Source of the DNA: a virus
Lineage: Duplodnaviria; Caudoviricetes
Direction: 5' to 3' (one strand)
IMG/VR virus record: IMGVR_UViG_3300048686_000358
Coordinates: 1-55,193 of that record
Length of the DNA stretch: 55,193 bases
This document shows positions 27,362 to 38,600 of this stretch, in pieces (position 1 is the stretch's first letter; each line of letters starts with the position of its first letter). The notes under the pieces were generated by a model. The model was given only the letters and a program-made list of their open reading frames with translations. It searched no databases and was not told the origin of the DNA. Made by a program: the position numbers and the translations under genes.

Positions 27362-27698
27362 ATGTCACTAACTTCCATTTAAGTTTTGTTTCTGTGTAAG
27401 ACTCATCTACAAGAATACTTACATCTTCAAAAGCACAATCTATTCCCTCATCTGCTTCTATTAATTTTGAAACAATAGAACCAGGATTTGCAGTTGAAAT
27501 TTTTCCATTAATAATTTTTATATCAGGTCTACCTGCGGCAAAAGTGGCTGCATCTACAACTAGATATTTGCCTTCAGGCTTTTCGCAAGTATAAAATAAT
27601 ACATTACCTTTGTCATCGTAATAAAGACGAAACTCCGGCTTAACGATAGGAGGCGGCTCCCAAATAAGCACGCCATCTTGAATAATAACATCATTCAT
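27351..27698 (-). CDS. Hypothetical protein
   Basis: 115-aa ORF overlapping both neighbours; no motif recognised. Confidence 0.75.
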   Translation of the reverse strand: MNDVIIQDGVLIWEPPPIVKPEFRLYYDDKGNVLFYTCEKPEGKYLVVDAATFAAGRPDIKIINGKISTANPGSIVSKLIEADEGIDCAFEDVSILVDESYTETKLKWKLVTYEL

Positions 27699-28486
27699 TT
27701 GTATTTTTCCATAAGTATATCAGCAAAAGACTTCACATGATAATGAAATGGATACATCTGCGTATATGTATTCACACGCAATTTATCCGATAAACACTCA
27801 AACAATAAAGTAGAAGTCCAATCTTCACTTGGGGTTTCATTGACAAATTGTTTCATGTGGGTCATTGATATATATCCCGGCAGCATAGTGTTTTCTATAC
27901 CCATAATATGGCATGCAATTGCGTATGCCCAATCAGTTGTAGCAACTTCATCAGCATTGCATTTCACTATACCTTTGTATTCTTCCCAGTTTTCAAAAAC
28001 ATCTTTAACAATTTTAAAAAAATCTTCTGCTGTTTGTGATTTTTTAAAATAGGTTATGGCATTATAACAGTTAGGTAATTTATTATCATCTATAAATTTT
28101 CTATAAACTCTTGAACCACTGATATCCCCTTTAAAATTTCGTATTGTATCACAAATAACAACATCTCTCTGAGACAAAACTTCCCACCAATGTGATATTG
28201 AATATGGAATAAACATATCTGCTTCAAGTTTTATTGTGTATTCATAGGGACTTGCTTCATATACTTGCCAATCGTTAATAAGTTTCCAGTCACTATCAGG
28301 AGCCAAATCACCATATGGCAATTCTACTACATTGTCAAAAGCATTGCACATACTGACATCATTACTAATTAAAGTTATAGATTCATCTGGCATGGCTCGT
28401 TTAATACTTTTGGCTAATACTTCAGCACACTTTACATAGTTTACTTTTTCAGTGTTTTGAGCCAATATAATAAATCCACGATTCAT
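27695..28486 (-). CDS. Putative nucleotide-diphospho-sugar transferase (GT-A like, EAD in place of DxD)
   Basis: 263 aa. SPYEYTIKLEADMF; paralogous to the adjacent 267-aa gene (G hydrophobic A start, SPY..T, FKKS..A..FF/IF, DWAYAIA vs DYALTLA). Confidence 0.65.
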   Translation of the reverse strand: MNRGFIILAQNTEKVNYVKCAEVLAKSIKRAMPDESITLISNDVSMCNAFDNVVELPYGDLAPDSDWKLINDWQVYEASPYEYTIKLEADMFIPYSISHWWEVLSQRDVVICDTIRNFKGDISGSRVYRKFIDDNKLPNCYNAITYFKKSQTAEDFFKIVKDVFENWEEYKGIVKCNADEVATTDWAYAIACHIMGIENTMLPGYISMTHMKQFVNETPSEDWTSTLLFECLSDKLRVNTYTQMYPFHYHVKSFADILMEKYK

Positions 28487-29286
28487 TTTATTAACTCCAT
28501 AAAGTTTTCTTTATTCATTACATGAAAATCCATATCTTTAATTGTAATGTATTCTTTACGAATTTTACCACGCTGCCAATGGTCAAACATTACAGTGTAT
28601 TCAGAATTAAATTCGTCATCATTGTTACGATAGATGGATGTATTTTTTCCAACGTGAACTAAGTTCCATGGTATAATATCACGCTTAACATCAATATGTC
28701 CATTTACTATTCTTAGTGCTAGTGTAAGTGCGTAATCGTTTCGATAGACGCCACCGACAAAACTATGAATATTACAATAATGGTCATAATTTTTTTGCAC
28801 CATTTCTAAACATTCAAATATTTGCTTTGCTCTTTTTGATTTTTTAAAAGCGACAACAGTAGCCCACATGGTTTGAAAACTATAAGCACTAAGTACTTCT
28901 TGTGGCAATCCTGGCTGCATCAAATAACTAGTTGTGTCGTGACAGCAAAAATCATCATAATATTTAAAAATATCAAGAGTTTTATTTGAATTGACCATAT
29001 AATCAGTATCCATTAATAAGGTTTCATCATATGGGCTATGTTCGTATGCTTGATATCTCCCCTTGTTTATCCAAACACTATGTTCTCTAATATTATCTTT
29101 GTCTGGACTTATAATTATTGTTTTATCAAATTTATATTGAGAATCTGAATCTATAGAAGTTTCATCTGTAACTACAGTAACTGGTAAATTTAAAAAATGA
29201 TTAATTCTTTTGGCTGTGGCAACAGCCATTTTATAATAGTTAAATTTGGGAGAATTAAAAGCAAAAAGTATTGCGCCTTTTGTCAT
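28483..29286 (-). CDS. Putative nucleotide-diphospho-sugar transferase (GT-A like)
   Basis: 267 aa. SPYDETLLMDTDYMV (DxD), WATVVAFKKS, YRNDYA, HVMNK. Confidence 0.7.
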   Translation of the reverse strand: MTKGAILFAFNSPKFNYYKMAVATAKRINHFLNLPVTVVTDETSIDSDSQYKFDKTIIISPDKDNIREHSVWINKGRYQAYEHSPYDETLLMDTDYMVNSNKTLDIFKYYDDFCCHDTTSYLMQPGLPQEVLSAYSFQTMWATVVAFKKSKRAKQIFECLEMVQKNYDHYCNIHSFVGGVYRNDYALTLALRIVNGHIDVKRDIIPWNLVHVGKNTSIYRNNDDEFNSEYTVMFDHWQRGKIRKEYITIKDMDFHVMNKENFMELIK

Positions 29287-29594
29287 CTTTTAGACTCAAT
29301 TTCTTTCCATTCGTTATACCATTCTTCCATTACATTATCGTATACTTCACGCAGTTTATGATATAGTTGCATAGCATGAACTTCAACCGGATTATTAAAG
29401 GTGTCAAGTAACACTACTTTGTCTTTGGCAACTGGGGTATTATATAAAAAGGTAATAGTTTGAATGTCGGCTTTCCAAAGTCCACCTTGATCGGCAACTA
29501 TTAGTTTGCCGTCATACTTATCTTTAAGTTGGGCTTTGGCAGCGTTATGATTAAATCTGGCTTTCGCCTCTGCAATTAAGGTTTTGGTATCCAT
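29283..29594 (-). CDS. Hypothetical protein, first gene of the modification cluster
   Basis: 103 aa. RBS AGGAG; TAAATA motif at 29616-29611. Confidence 0.75.
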   Translation of the reverse strand: MDTKTLIAEAKARFNHNAAKAQLKDKYDGKLIVADQGGLWKADIQTITFLYNTPVAKDKVVLLDTFNNPVEVHAMQLYHKLREVYDNVMEEWYNEWKEIESKR

Positions 29595-29610
29595 TAAACA
29601 CTCCTAAGAG

Positions 29611-29616
29611 TATTTA
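29611..29616 (-). promoter_or_regulatory. Putative late promoter TAAATA at the head of the modification cluster
   Basis: CTAAATACTCTTAGGAGTGTTTAATG: motif, RBS and start codon in sequence. Confidence 0.5.
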
Positions 29617-29640
29617 GATAGATACCAAGTCAGTTAAAAA

Positions 29641-30603
29641 TTATGATACTGATACGGAGCCAGCAAGTGTAATTGTGCCCCAAGTATTTGCAAGATAAGT
29701 CGTTTCCGGCGGTCTTACTGTTAGTGTTGTCACAGAGCCTGTTGATACGGTTAGACCGTTTGGAATTTCATCCCATACTGTATAGATTGTAACTACAGAA
29801 CCAGCATCACCATTACTACCTTGAGTTCCATTTGTCTTAACAAAGATATTGATATTGGTACTTAGATATCCTGAAGGACCTGTACTTGCAGTTTGATAAT
29901 AAACGTTTGCATTACTGGTTGTCCATGCATAATATCCGCTATTGGTGCCTATAGTAGGTGAATTTCCACCACCACCAACTCTAGTAACACCGTTGTAACT
30001 TGTACCTGCAACCGTGATAGAACCAGATGTTGGACTTGACATAACAACTGTTCCGACGTTAGAACATAAGTTGTTCAATAATAGATTAATACCAGATCCG
30101 TTTGGATGAGATACTGTCATGGCTAACTGGCCGCCGCTATTAAAGAAATAACGGGCAGCATCACCGTTCGCAAAAGTTGCAGTATGAGTAAATGTTGCCT
30201 TATCACTCCATGTGCTACCAACTGTAACTGAGTTTGAAGTAGTGCTACTTTGTGATACAGCATTTAATCTGTTGTTGTAAATTGTTGTTAAGTTAGTTGG
30301 AATAGCACTTAGATAAGTAATTGTTCCTCCTGATACCGGAGCAGTAACAGCGGTAATGCTTGAACTTTGATGCGAGGCTGCATTTGAAGTGTTATTGACA
30401 AGAGATGCCCATTTTGCCGCAGTAACTGTGTCACCACTGGCAGCGTTCGCAATGCCGGTTTGTCCATACCCCTTATTACCGTTTCCAGTTGACCAAACTA
30501 AGTTTAGTGAGGCAGTTCCTGTATTCAAGGTTCCGTTTGCATAACCTTGAATCAATGTATTGAAATCGCCTGCTTCGATAACTCCGTACTGTGCGTAACT
30601 CAT
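29641..30603 (-). CDS. Ser/Thr/Gly/Asn-rich virion protein (tail fibre or baseplate associated)
   Basis: 320 aa, almost free of charged residues; GYGQT and ARYFFNSGG motifs; directly follows the fibre-type gene. Confidence 0.65.
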   Translation of the reverse strand: MSYAQYGVIEAGDFNTLIQGYANGTLNTGTASLNLVWSTGNGNKGYGQTGIANAASGDTVTAAKWASLVNNTSNAASHQSSSITAVTAPVSGGTITYLSAIPTNLTTIYNNRLNAVSQSSTTSNSVTVGSTWSDKATFTHTATFANGDAARYFFNSGGQLAMTVSHPNGSGINLLLNNLCSNVGTVVMSSPTSGSITVAGTSYNGVTRVGGGGNSPTIGTNSGYYAWTTSNANVYYQTASTGPSGYLSTNINIFVKTNGTQGSNGDAGSVVTIYTVWDEIPNGLTVSTGSVTTLTVRPPETTYLANTWGTITLAGSVSVS

Positions 30604-30615
30604 TTCTTATCCTTA

Positions 30616-31836
30616 TTATTTTATAGTAACGAAGGCCTCAACAATACCAACGTCATCCGTATTCTTATTTATTAAAGAACGCCCTATTGTATTGAACGCA
30701 GTTGCTTCGCCGGGTTTTGCTGCCCTTGCAATACCGTTACCAGCACTAACAAGTCTTTGACCCTTTTTTACTTTACCAGTAACTTTAACTGGAACTCTAC
30801 CACCTACAGCGATAGCAGGGTGTGTTTTATCATCACCTGCCATAGCATTCATAACATATCCTGCTTTTTCTGATACTACACCAAATACATCTTCACTTAG
30901 ATCGTATTGTACCGCAGTTATTTCTTTTTCGCCACCGATTTCGACAACAGTGCCTGCATCATATTCATTATCGGATTCAAAACGTTCTGCCAAGTCAGCA
31001 TATGTGCTTTGCCATCTTGCTCCGGAACTTAGAGTCCAAATACCTGACACAGTTCCGCCTCCAGCAATTTGGCTAGCAGTTAATTTATTAACTTGTATAT
31101 TAGCAGTACCAGTATTAGTGGTATAGAAAGTAGGAGTAACACCATTTGATCCTGTCATAAAGTCAAACACATTTGCGTTTGTATATGTGCCGGACGGGGT
31201 AAACGGAGAACCGTTAGCATAATAATAGTTGTCAGTTCTAATACCCTGAGTATAAACGTTACCATTAGCAACAATTAAAGTATTTCCTGCTAAACCACCA
31301 GTTACAGTCCATGTTCCTTGTAGTGTACCAGCAGTAGTATTAGAGCCTGTACTAATCAATGTACAAGGATTGATAGAACCAATGTTGGCACTTGTAATAA
31401 ATGCATTAGCAATTGTAGCGTTCGCAGTTACAGTTGCTAAACGCACTGTAATAGTATCTCCTACGATTGCATTTAATGCTGTAATATTGTTTGCTTGCAG
31501 ATTACCGGTTACCGTTACTGCACCAAAAGTTGTTGTTCCTCCGCTAGCCGTTGAAGTAAGGGCTAACCAGGCATTTGCGTTACTTGTTCCGTCAGCGGGG
31601 CAAACATACAATGTGTTAGCATTTGTATTGTACCAAAGTTGTCCTTGTAATGGGTTTGCAGGAGGGGTAGTGCTTGCAAAATTCTCAATCATGTGGACAA
31701 AGTTAGTATCCAATGTCTGTCCGTAACCAGCGTAGTTTCGTCCAGGCAATCCTAAACTGGTACTTGTTGTGTTTATCGTGCCGTCAGCAATAGTAGTTAG
31801 AACTGTTCCATTGCTTTTTACAATTGTATATGCCAT
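30616..31836 (-). CDS. Baseplate/tail fibre protein with C-terminal chaperone-like domain
   Basis: 406 aa. N-terminal TSLGLPGRNYAGYGQ..ENFA..PPANPLQGQLWY segment, Thr/Asn-rich shaft, and STYADLAE..GTVV..GG.KEIT..FGVVS..GRVPVKV.G..KKG..LVS, which resembles autocleaving intramolecular chaperone domains. Confidence 0.72.
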   Translation of the reverse strand: MAYTIVKSNGTVLTTIADGTINTTSTSLGLPGRNYAGYGQTLDTNFVHMIENFASTTPPANPLQGQLWYNTNANTLYVCPADGTSNANAWLALTSTASGGTTTFGAVTVTGNLQANNITALNAIVGDTITVRLATVTANATIANAFITSANIGSINPCTLISTGSNTTAGTLQGTWTVTGGLAGNTLIVANGNVYTQGIRTDNYYYANGSPFTPSGTYTNANVFDFMTGSNGVTPTFYTTNTGTANIQVNKLTASQIAGGGTVSGIWTLSSGARWQSTYADLAERFESDNEYDAGTVVEIGGEKEITAVQYDLSEDVFGVVSEKAGYVMNAMAGDDKTHPAIAVGGRVPVKVTGKVKKGQRLVSAGNGIARAAKPGEATAFNTIGRSLINKNTDDVGIVEAFVTIK

Positions 31837-31856
31837 TTTTTACCCCGATATGCTAT

Positions 31857-31864
31857 TATTTATC
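31857..31864 (-). promoter_or_regulatory. Putative late promoter GATAAATA before the fibre-type gene
   Basis: Motif lies in a 28-nt intergenic gap, 20 nt upstream of the ATG. Confidence 0.55.
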
Positions 31865-32485
31865 TTAAATTGTTACTAAGTTAGTTAGGGCTTGAATCCT
31901 AACTGTATAATCTATTTGTATTTGTCTGTTTAGTGACTTTTGTACTGGGTGGAAGATAACATGCGTCAAAAGGCGTGTTAACACATTCCCGTTAGTATCT
32001 GTGCCGTAATTTGCTAAAAGTCCTAATTCATCAAAAATAAAACTTGATTCCGTTTGTGTGCTATTATCAAATGCCGCTTGTCCAGCAGGTTCACCGTAAT
32101 CCAACAAACATTGCACTAAAATGTCAGTATAAACTTTTCCTACTGTATGTAGGACTGTCATTTTGTTTCTTGTTGGGTCGAGGTTGAAAACACTAGTGTC
32201 ATCAACGATTTTAGCGTAGGTTTGATTATAAAGAGCAGCATTTTGCCCCGTTGTGTTCGGGGGTAGGTATGTTATAACACCTGTTTCGTCTACACTGGCA
32301 CCACCGTTTCCAAACGCCATTTGATAAATTTCACCGTAGCCGCGACCACTAAGTGTGTCAGCAAGTGCTTCTGACATATTTTCATAGTTGATAGCGTTTT
32401 TCTTATCTACAAACACTTCCCCATTGTTAGGGTCGTAGATTTTCAAAAAACCTTCAACTTTATATGTTATGTTAATTCCTGACAT
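31865..32485 (-). CDS. Virion structural protein (baseplate/tail associated)
   Basis: 206 aa within the structural module; FDELGL..LLTHVIFHPVQKSLNR.IQIDYT C-terminus resembles tail collar/fibre attachment domains. Confidence 0.6.
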   Translation of the reverse strand: MSGINITYKVEGFLKIYDPNNGEVFVDKKNAINYENMSEALADTLSGRGYGEIYQMAFGNGGASVDETGVITYLPPNTTGQNAALYNQTYAKIVDDTSVFNLDPTRNKMTVLHTVGKVYTDILVQCLLDYGEPAGQAAFDNSTQTESSFIFDELGLLANYGTDTNGNVLTRLLTHVIFHPVQKSLNRQIQIDYTVRIQALTNLVTI

Positions 32486-32640
32486 TAGTTATCGCCTCTT
32501 TTTTGTACTAATACTTCTTTGGTATTAGGATCGTAAATTTTAACATGTGAAGAAAAGTAGAATCCTCCGTTCTCATTGGGTTTAACCTCAGGAACGCTAT
32601 TTTTGAGTTGTTCTGTCTTTTTTTCCGTACTTTCATTCAT
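32485..32640 (-). CDS. Small hypothetical protein (51 aa)
   Basis: Hand translation MNESTEKKTEQLKNSVPEVKPNENGGFYFSSHVKIYDPNTKEVLVQKRGDN*. Its stop overlaps the next start (TAATG), and its C-terminus resembles the N-terminus of the next gene. Confidence 0.75.
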   Translation of the reverse strand: MNESTEKKTEQLKNSVPEVKPNENGGFYFSSHVKIYDPNTKEVLVQKRGDN

Positions 32641-32642
32641 AA

Positions 32643-32654
32643 TATTTATTTATC
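32643..32654 (-). promoter_or_regulatory. Putative late promoter (double TAAATA)
   Basis: GATAAATAAATATT-ATG in a 16-nt intergenic gap. Confidence 0.55.
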
Positions 32655-32656
32655 TT

Positions 32657-35600
32657 TTAACCGACATCCTGATTTAAGAATTCTGCCCCGATCGTTTCAC
32701 TTATTTGTAGTGGATCACCCTCAACTGGATTAAAGTCATATGAGTTCCATGTCTTGTTATACTGAACGGATGATAGTAAGTTTTCAGACAAGAATCCGTA
32801 TACATCAGAATATTTGGATATAAACACCTGAACTCCAGTACCGTTAACACCTCGACTTAAACCAGTTAAAGTATTTGTTGCCAAATCTGCTGTTCTAAAT
32901 CTAATCTGTTCCCCATTTACAAATATTGTGTTACCCTCAACAACAGTAATTGTTACTGAGTCGCCAGCAGTAACACCGTTTGTAATTTTAATTACCGGAG
33001 CAATACTAGATATTGCAAAGTAATAATCATTAGAAGTTAAGGTTGTTGCAGTAGTATTATTTACTACAATGATTTGTGTAATAATTCTCTTGTCTGCATC
33101 CAAACCGATAGTTATTACGCCATCTACGGCTGCAGGAGCCACTTCATTTTGAACTATAGTTGCCGTTACTCTAGTAACATCATCTAGGTAAATTGTAGTG
33201 TCAGTATAATCCAAATCTTGTGTTAGCCAAGTTGATGTTTGTGAATTCGCACGATAAATTGTTTGTGTTCCTTCTTTGTTAATTAACTCCATGTAAGTTT
33301 CCTGATCAGGCGTCGCAGAAGGAATCATACTAGTAATAATTACTTCATCACCGGGTTGAATTTCTCGTAGAATACTTAGATTATTGTCTGCATTTAATCT
33401 TAGTGCAGAACTTGGAACACGATAACCATTAATAGTTACCCACAATCTTTCTACATTATATTGTTCCCATTGAGTTACACTAAATGATAAACTTGAAGCA
33501 GTTGCCAGTACAAAAATATCACCTGCATGTGTTTCAGAGATTGTAAATGTATTTGGCGATACTAAATCAACATCCTTAATATAATAAGTTTGACCTTCAA
33601 CAATATTACTTGCTCCAACATTACCAGTAAATATTACTGGTGTATTTGGAACCAATCCAGTAGTACTTGTGACAGAAACTAAATTAGTTCCAGCAGTTGT
33701 ACTTGTTCCTGTTGTATTTTGTAATACAAAGTTACCGTCAATGAATATATAACCACCTGATACATAATTTGCTACATTAATTACAGGATTATTTGTATCT
33801 GTTAGTAATGGTTGATATGGGGTTAGATATAAATCAACTGAGGTAGCACTTATAACGTGTACATAATATAAGTTATTATTTAGTTGTGTTGAGCCAACTA
33901 CACCGTCTATTCTAACATAATCATTTGTAACGAAATTATGTGGGTTTGTAGTGGTAACTCTAATTGTAGATAATCCACCGATATAAACCGTCATAACTCC
34001 TAATCCAGTTCCAGGATCAAATACAGAACCACCCGGTGTTGTTGAAATAGTAAATTCTGTAGCACTTACAATGCTATCAACAAAATATACAGTTCCATCT
34101 GTTTGCACATTACTTCCGGCAAACGGTAGACCTGTTAAATTCTTAAATATTGCAGTCTGACCTACAACAAATCCAGATGTATCTTCGCATGTTATGATAT
34201 TACCAGTTGAAGAAACCTGAGACACTTGAGTAACTGATAATGGTGCAGAGAAGACGTTGTCCACATATGATATTGGATCTACTGTATTATTAGGTGTAGA
34301 ACTTGTAATTGTGTAAGAATTAGTCAAGAAATACTGACGCTCAGTTCTATTAAAAGTTGTTATTGCAATAACATCCCCACTAGATGGTATTCCACTAGTA
34401 AATGTGATAGTGTCTAAATTAGAATTAATATTGTATGTGCTCGGCAATACTCGTAATCCGTTAACTTCTACAATTGCATTTTCAGCATTGTCTCCAGCAT
34501 TGTAGTTAGTAATAACATATGTCGCTGATCCATCTGCTGTAATAAGTTCTGTTTCAGGAAGTGTGTATCCATATTGTTCTGGAGTAGTTTCACCAAATAC
34601 TGTATATGAAAGATAATCGACACTTGAATTATAAACAGTCGAGAAGATAATTTTAGCACTAATACCATTATCCGCAATACCAAATACATAATCATATGTG
34701 ATTGCTAATGCGCCACCTGTTGCATCTGTTAACGATATTACTGAACCGCCAGGTGTAGCAGATATTGTAAACTCGTTATCGTCTATAACATTCTTAACAT
34801 AATAAACAGTCTGTGGAGAAATGATTCCACCAAAAATAGTGTCACTAAATGTTATCGGATCATTATTGTCCATTCCAACTGTTGTATTACATACAACAGT
34901 ATTTGTTGCACTATTTGTACCAGTAATATTAAATTTATCACCTAGCACTAATCTTGTACCGTTATGTTGAACATAAGGATCAGTCCATACCGTTGTTTCA
35001 GGAATCACGACCATTGTGCCTGTTGCATCTATTAAAGTAAAGATAGAGCCTGCGACACCTGAAACTATTGTTGCACTAATGCTAATCAAATTGTTTACAT
35101 AATCAATAGATTTTACATAATAATGTGTACCGGCTACAATATTACCAAATGTTGTGCCGGAGAATACGACCATACCATTTATAGTGAATCCAGACACATC
35201 TTCGCATTCAATACTATTAGTTGAAGCAAAAGTTTCTATAGCATTTGTTTCTGTTAGCGCGGATCTAACAACCCCCGAACCTTCAGTTTTCAATGCGGAA
35301 TAGTTACAAGTCAAATAAATTTCACTAAATCCAGTTTCATCATTCAATCTAATAGGATCGTTACTAGAATTTGATTTAACAAGTTGATCACCGTTACCCA
35401 CATCATATACATCAATTCTGAGTATATCAGGATCGGGGAAGAAATTAAGAGGACTGTTTAATGTTACAGTTTGATTATACCAATCGATTATATAGTCAGT
35501 ATCGTATAATGAAGTGCTTAACCCGGTAGTATAATCAATTACAAAAATTGCTAATTGTGCAGGATTTCTACTTAATCCAGCAAAACTATATGTAACTTGA

Positions 35601-38600
35601 GATGAAGTTGTTGGTACAATTTCTGTAGAAGTTACTCTATACCCAACATGGGCATATTCGGTCGCTTCCCAGTTAGTTCCAGGACGAGTGTTAACAATCA
35701 TTTGCATACTGTCTGTCACAACACCGGGTACTAATTCTTCCGGACCATAGCCAAATGTAAATTCTGCACCCTGTACTGTATAGAAGGTCGGATCACTAGA
35801 AATTTCACTTGTTGTTGTCCATGTAGTTCCATTACTACTTGTAAGGATTATACTTTCTTCGCCAACAATCACAAATTTATTAGTACCATTGTATACAATA
35901 TCATACAAGTCTTTTGTTGTTCCGGAAGTTCTAACAGTCCATGTTACACCGTCAGGAGATGTAATAATTGCTCCATTGTTACCTACTGCTACAAATAATC
36001 CATTGCCATAAGTTACTGCATTTAGATTTACAGCAATACCTGATGCTTCTGCGGTATAGGATGATCCATTTAAACTTGAGTAAACAACACCGTTTTCACC
36101 TACTACAATAATAGTATTATTACCTGATGTTACATCATTAAAGCCACTTGATGTCAACGCAGCCGCAGGGCTAGTCCATGTAACTCCATTGTCATTGCTT
36201 ATTAATAGTAAACTAATGTTAGAAATGATACCACTTAAATTTTGCTGTCCCTTACCAACTGCAATTAAGCCGTTGAAGAAAGTTATGTTTGCACTGGTAA
36301 CAGAATTTAAATTGTTGGTTAATCCGTTTGTAAATTCATATTTTTTAGTCCAGTTGTATACATCATTACTTGTATATATTTTTTCTCCAACTGCTACATA
36401 ATTGGTTCCATCATAGGTAACACCATTTAAAATAGCATTCTCAATATTCACTGTAGGAGTTAATAATGTACCAACACCAGTCGAAGTCCATATTATGGCA
36501 TCAGGGCTAATATAAATTGGTGTATTATTATTGTGTGTTGTAACTACATAGTAACCATTACCGTATGTAATGTCTGTTGCAGATACTGGTACTGTAGTAA
36601 TTTTTTCTGTCACCCACTCAGTAGAATTTGTGCTAATTACCGATTCCGTATTAGTCGGAGAATTGGCTATCGCAACATATTTTGTGTTATCATACACAAT
36701 TCCAACTGATCCCAAGTTAGGTGGATAGAATGGTTTGTCTTGCAACACAGTATCGATTTCGTATTCATCTGCTGGGGCAAACGCATTACCTAAATATATA
36801 CTATTTGGATATGTTATTCCATCTATTAATTGTGTCAAATCTTGACCTGGCATATTGATATAATTGCTCCAGCCCAAGGTGTCTGTGGTTGATGGCTTAT
36901 AGTAACCAATAATTCTGTCTAGTTCATTTAGTAATCTATTATCGCTTCCGATAAGTTCCCATTTACCTAAAATAAATTCATCATCATTATTAGATATAAT
37001 ACATTGATATACTTTGTTATTGTACTTTACAATACTCTGATCAAAGTAGAACGGTTCAGGTAGTAATGCGTAATCTCCTGATTTTGCAACATACATTGAT
37101 CCTGATTCGGTTGAGAGTACAACATCAGTTCCTCCTACTGTTTCAGATACTGTAATATCATTTCCTGATATACTAGTGATATAATATGTAGCACCGATTT
37201 CTATGTTTGAACCGCCAAATACATCGCCGGTGAAAACGACAGGGTCATTAACATTGAAGCCAGTACTACTGGTTAACGTAATAATATCCGTACCGGCTGT
37301 TGTGCTTGTAGCAGTTGTACTTCTTATCCCTTCGAAGGGAAAATCTCCGTATGCTACAGGAACTGATAATAACGGATCTGAATAAACTTCCACTTGATTT
37401 TCATTGATAACTTTAAAATAATAACTTGTTACTGTGTCGTTTGGAACGCCACTGCAAATCAATTGTGTGATTTCACCATTTGATTCAACAGGAATCTTCC
37501 ATGGATTGTTTGGATCTGGATTAGGTACAATTACATCAATGCTATTGACAGTCAATGTCAAATCATTCAATGGAGAGACACCACCTATATCATTTCCACT
37601 AATAACAATAGTATTGTTGATTGTATATCCTGCACCCGGGTCAGTTACAATTACTCTATATCCGCCCAAAATATAACTAATATCAAACTCAGCAATATTA
37701 GATGGGTTGATATATTGTGTCATTTCTATTGTTCCAGTAGCACCCGATAATGCTACTGCACTACCACCTTGACTAGCAGAAAGTTCGACATATGCTTGGC
37801 CGGTACCGGTCATTGAACCATTATCATTAGTTAGTGTTACTGCCGATCCAGCCAATGTTGTTTTAATTGTAAATTGAGTTGCGCTGGCAATTGACTCTAC
37901 ATAATATTGGAAATCAAATTGAACTCCACCTAATGCTGTTCCTGAAAACTCTATAGGCATATTTACATACAATATTGTAGTGTCTGCACAAGTTAATAAA
38001 TTTCCTGTGCTTGAAGTGTTCGTTACAGTTACTGTGGTTACACCCGAATCTATAACATAGTATGGAGTACCTGATGACAGACCACCTATACTAGAATCTA
38101 ACTGGAACGCTAAATTATTGTACACTAATGCCAATGTATTAGTGTTTGTGTCCAAACACACTCTGTTAACTGGCGCTGCTAATGTTGCCTTAATAGTTTC
38201 AACAACTAGATTACCTACTGTGCCGCCACCTGTCAATCCGGGATATTGCTGGCTAGTTGGATACATAGTAAACTGTTGTCCACTAATCTGACCCGGGCTG
38301 ATTGGTAAGCCTACATTTAATGTCATAGAGCCAGTTGCGCTAGTAAGATTAACTGTAGCCATTTGACTTGTTAATGTGCAGGTTCCTGTTTCATTGGCAA
38401 GTGATATTAAACTGCCATTCAATACAGTTGTTACTGTGAAGTGCGTTCCATCTATGATTTGACAAACATAGTAAGTTGTCCCTGATACTAAATTACCAAA
38501 GTTATTAACAGGAGAACCACTTACAACCATATTATTGAAAATAATTCTATCGTTAACATTTAGTCCCAATGTACTTTCGCAAGTTACCTGATCATTTGAT

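Noticed and set aside
11208-29594. DNA hypermodification as the main role of the cluster (phage carbamoyltransferases acting on 5hmC and DNA glycosyltransferases are known)
   Set aside because: Ranked lower, not excluded. The window has no dCMP/dUMP hydroxymethylase, TET/JBP, nucleotide kinase or replication gene, and the cluster is coupled to tail genes and SGNH proteins. Nucleoside LC-MS would decide.
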